Positions 61,565 through 64,000 of a stretch of DNA of 64,000 bases are shown one piece after another. The stretch is from Candidatus Bathyarchaeota archaeon (GTDB lineage: Archaea > Thermoproteota > Bathyarchaeia > Bathyarchaeales > Bathycorpusculaceae), in assembly GCA_963733095.1 (NCBI GenBank), contig CAVTBV010000013.1, forward strand, positions 256,001 through 320,000, written 5' to 3'. Each line of letters opens with the position of its first letter. Positions within the stretch are counted from its first letter, which is position 1. The notes under the pieces were generated by a model that was given only the letters and a program-made list of their open reading frames with translations, searched no databases and had not been told where the DNA came from. Position numbers and translations under genes: made by a program.

Positions 61565-61996
61565 CTAACTTTTATTTTCCATGTTTTTCAGAATTTCTTT
61601 TAATGTTTGCCTAAGATCCGTTGTTTGAAGAATCATTTCAATTGCTTGTTGTTTGTTTTGTAAATTAGTAAGCTTTTTGCGGCCCGTTTCAGTTACTTGA
61701 TAAACAGGCTTGTTTGTTTCTTTGTTAATTGCTTTTTCAATTATGTCTTCTTTCATCAGTTCTTTGATGTAGCGCAAAAGCGTTTGTCGTGCGATTCGAT
61801 TTCCAGAAAACACAACTTTTCCACAGTCGACGCAAACAAGTTCTCTCGTATCTTTGTCTACAATGATATGTGAAGAATTGCATATTGGGCATGGACTTTT
61901 GAAAGTTGTTGGTCCAACAAATTGTCTTTCAAGTTCGCTCCAACTTGCCTTTTTCTTTTCAACGATGAAAGATGCTATTTCAAGATCATCAACCAT
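61565..61996 (-). CDS. Winged-helix regulator with an inserted TFIIB-type Zn ribbon
   Basis: ASWSELE [CPICNSSHIIVDKDTRELVCVDCGKVV] IARQTLLRYIKEL...Y.VTETG. Confidence 0.78.
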   Translation of the reverse strand: MVDDLEIASFIVEKKKASWSELERQFVGPTTFKSPCPICNSSHIIVDKDTRELVCVDCGKVVFSGNRIARQTLLRYIKELMKEDIIEKAINKETNKPVYQVTETGRKKLTNLQNKQQAIEMILQTTDLRQTLKEILKNMENKS

Positions 61997-62203
61997 TTTA
62001 GTCTACTCCGTTAGACTTTACTCTGTCACATAAGACTTATTAATGTTGTTATCTACTATAGTAGAGTACACTCTAAAGATGCAGATAAACTCGTCCGTGG
62101 ATTATTCGAGACCAATGAAAAATCACCCAAACAAAAGCACGAAGAAACACCATCAAAACCACCGTTAAAAAGAGCCAAGTCAGAGCCTCTTGAAATTGAG
62201 TGT

Positions 62204-62482
62204 TTGCAGGAAAAAACCTACAAGGTTGTCCGAAAGGACAAAGAACAACAGGAGAACAAACCAGAAATGGAACCAGAATACACATTTAACTCAGATTCTC
62301 AATCACAAAGTAAACCCCTTGAAAAACAACCTTATGCTGCATTTGTAGTAAAAGGCGACCCTGAAGAAATAGCTAAACTAAAAGAACACATACTTGAAGA
62401 AACAACCCTTCGCCTAATTTACCAACATAGGGACAGCCGATACCTCAAAGTTTCCCCAGCTACCGAAAAAGACAATTTCTAA
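62204..62482 (+). CDS. Small hypothetical mobile-element protein
   Basis: ORF upstream of the primase; the start may be ATG 62267. Confidence 0.55.
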   Translation: MQEKTYKVVRKDKEQQENKPEMEPEYTFNSDSQSQSKPLEKQPYAAFVVKGDPEEIAKLKEHILEETTLRLIYQHRDSRYLKVSPATEKDNF

Positions 62483-62506
62483 TCAGACTTTCAGGAACCG
62501 CAAACC

Positions 62507-64000
62507 ATGACCCAAACAGAGCAAATACAGCCAATCATAACCAACAGCACAGCCACAACAAACCTAAACGAGCAACAAAGAATTTTAACACGGCGACTAC
62601 AGGAAGCTGGTGTTTCAACTAAATGTTTCTTGAAAACTGGTTATCAAGGTTGCGACGTTGAAGGCGACAAGAAAGCCTTTGAAAAAGAATGGCCGAACAA
62701 ACTTTACGGACCCGAAGACTTGGAAACTTATCCAAGATGGGGAATCTGTGGGAGATCTCCCTTAGTACCTATCGATTCAGACGACCCAGTAATTTATGAT
62801 GTGTTAAGCCGTGTTCTCCCAGAAACATTTGAAGTCACCAGCCCACGCCGAGGACTACCACACAAATACTTTATCGTTGAAGGACCTCAAGTACCTAACA
62901 AGAAACTACATTACCCAGAAATCTTTGACGAAAAAGGAAACCTAAAAGACTTAGGCGAAATCAGAGCAAACAATCAGTATTTAGTGGCACCCGGCACAAC
63001 CATAAGATATATTGACAAGCAAACAGGCGAACAAAAAACTGGAATGTACACAATAACAAAAGACGTTCCCATTGCAAGAATGACATACCACGACTTCATG
63101 ACAGCGATAAAAACATACATCACCGAAGCCAACGGCAGCACAACACAGACCATAACACAGAAAGAAATGACGGAAGGCGTAACAGAAGGTGCAAGGCATA
63201 CAAAAGCCGTGAGTTACGCTGGAAAGCTAGTCCACCGCTTAAAATTTGACTATGAAACAGCACTAATTCACCTAAAAACATGGAACAACAGCTTATGTAA
63301 ACCACCATTACCCGATGAAGAAATAACACGAATACTCAAAGATGTTTACGGCTATGCAGCAAAAGAAAAAGGTGTATCCTACGAGGAAGCGTTAAAAGGT
63401 GAAAACGAACAAAGCTTTTCAGAACAAATACTACAAATAGAAGCCGAAGCAACAGCCACAATAAAAGAAGATTCGGTCACTTTAGACCATATTAACGACA
63501 TAGAAAACCCAGAATATGCAGGAAAACCCATCATAGTTGAAGCCGTTATCTCAAGTAACAGCTTAAGTTATACAATACCCTCAGAAGTTGAAGCCATAAT
63601 CAAAGAGGAAGACACCGATGAAACTCGAGAAGAAAACAAAAGCATCAAAATAAACGATCCGCTAAACTTGAATTTTATAACAGTTACAACCGACCAACAG
63701 AAACGACAACTTAGAAAAATGTTCAAGGACAAAGCATTTGCACTAAACATAACGAAATATCGAGCTGCCTACATGGTCCGCATAAGACCACAAGTACAAA
63801 CTCTAACACAGAAAAACGGAAAAACCATTGATGACAAAGACAGAGAATACAAACATTTAGATATTCTCATAGTAAGTGACAAACCGTTAGCCTTCCAATC
63901 AAGTACCCGAATAAAACTTACTGCATTACCTCTTCCACACCCAAAAACACAACGAACAACTCTGCTTGCTTACAAAGTATCTTTTCCAGAATCAACAGAA
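62507..64000 (+). CDS. Prim-Pol (AEP) plus PriCT replication protein (runs off window)
   Basis: Manual translation from ATG 62507: WGI...LVPIDSDD, T.EV.SPRRGLPHKYF, GEIR...YLVAPG, then EGARH...WNNSLCKPPLPDEEI (PriCT-1). Confidence 0.85.
   Translation, partial: MTQTEQIQPIITNSTATTNLNEQQRILTRRLQEAGVSTKCFLKTGYQGCDVEGDKKAFEKEWPNKLYGPEDLETYPRWGICGRSPLVPIDSDDPVIYDVLSRVLPETFEVTSPRRGLPHKYFIVEGPQVPNKKLHYPEIFDEKGNLKDLGEIRANNQYLVAPGTTIRYIDKQTGEQKTGMYTITKDVPIARMTYHDFMTAIKTYITEANGSTTQTITQKEMTEGVTEGARHTKAVSYAGKLVHRLKFDYETALIHLKTWNNSLCKPPLPDEEITRILKDVYGYAAKEKGVSYEEALKGENEQSFSEQILQIEAEATATIKEDSVTLDHINDIENPEYAGKPIIVEAVISSNSLSYTIPSEVEAIIKEEDTDETREENKSIKINDPLNLNFITVTTDQQKRQLRKMFKDKAFALNITKYRAAYMVRIRPQVQTLTQKNGKTIDDKDREYKHLDILIVSDKPLAFQSSTRIKLTALPLPHPKTQRTTLLAYKVSFPESTE

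Larger units (their letters stand above)
60183..64000. mobile_element. Integrated plasmid or provirus, left part
   Basis: Integrase, repressor-like wHTH gene and divergent Prim-Pol replication module; att site not identified. Confidence 0.75.

Overview
Archaeal chromosomal window, most likely class Bathyarchaeia. That assignment is inferred from the gene set: TATA-type promoters, a stand-alone 5S rRNA, tRNA-intron endonuclease, type II Map, DUF1512, PQQ-propeller surface proteins, a PEF-CTERM protein and archaeal class III pilins. The first ~24 kb is largely housekeeping (partial hisS, endA, mtnA, trpS, glgP plus a PAS protein, 5S rRNA, map) and includes an unannotated, strongly paired ~120-nt hairpin upstream of trpS. 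The ~25.5-58.5 kb stretch is an AT-richer surface/adhesion region. It holds a type IV pilus operon with a divergent, degenerate KaiC/RAD55-like gene, and three dispersed large pilins that share one N-terminal pilin domain but carry different C-terminal modules. All four pilin promoters have the same 15-bp near-palindrome (T[AG]GAAnATTAnTCCA) just upstream of the TATA box. A silent copy of one pilin's 3' end lies 2.8 kb downstream, with a 90-bp identical core. The region also encodes GH26, CapK/GNAT polysaccharide-modifying enzymes, a fasciclin-Zn finger protein, a HerA-like ATPase, a TFS paralog, a decayed VapBC pair and several Cys-rich microproteins. From ~60 kb to the end lies the left part of an integrated element: a tyrosine recombinase, a wHTH protein with an inserted TFIIB-type Zn ribbon, and a Prim-Pol/PriCT replication protein. 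All calls come from reading motifs by eye; no database searches were run.
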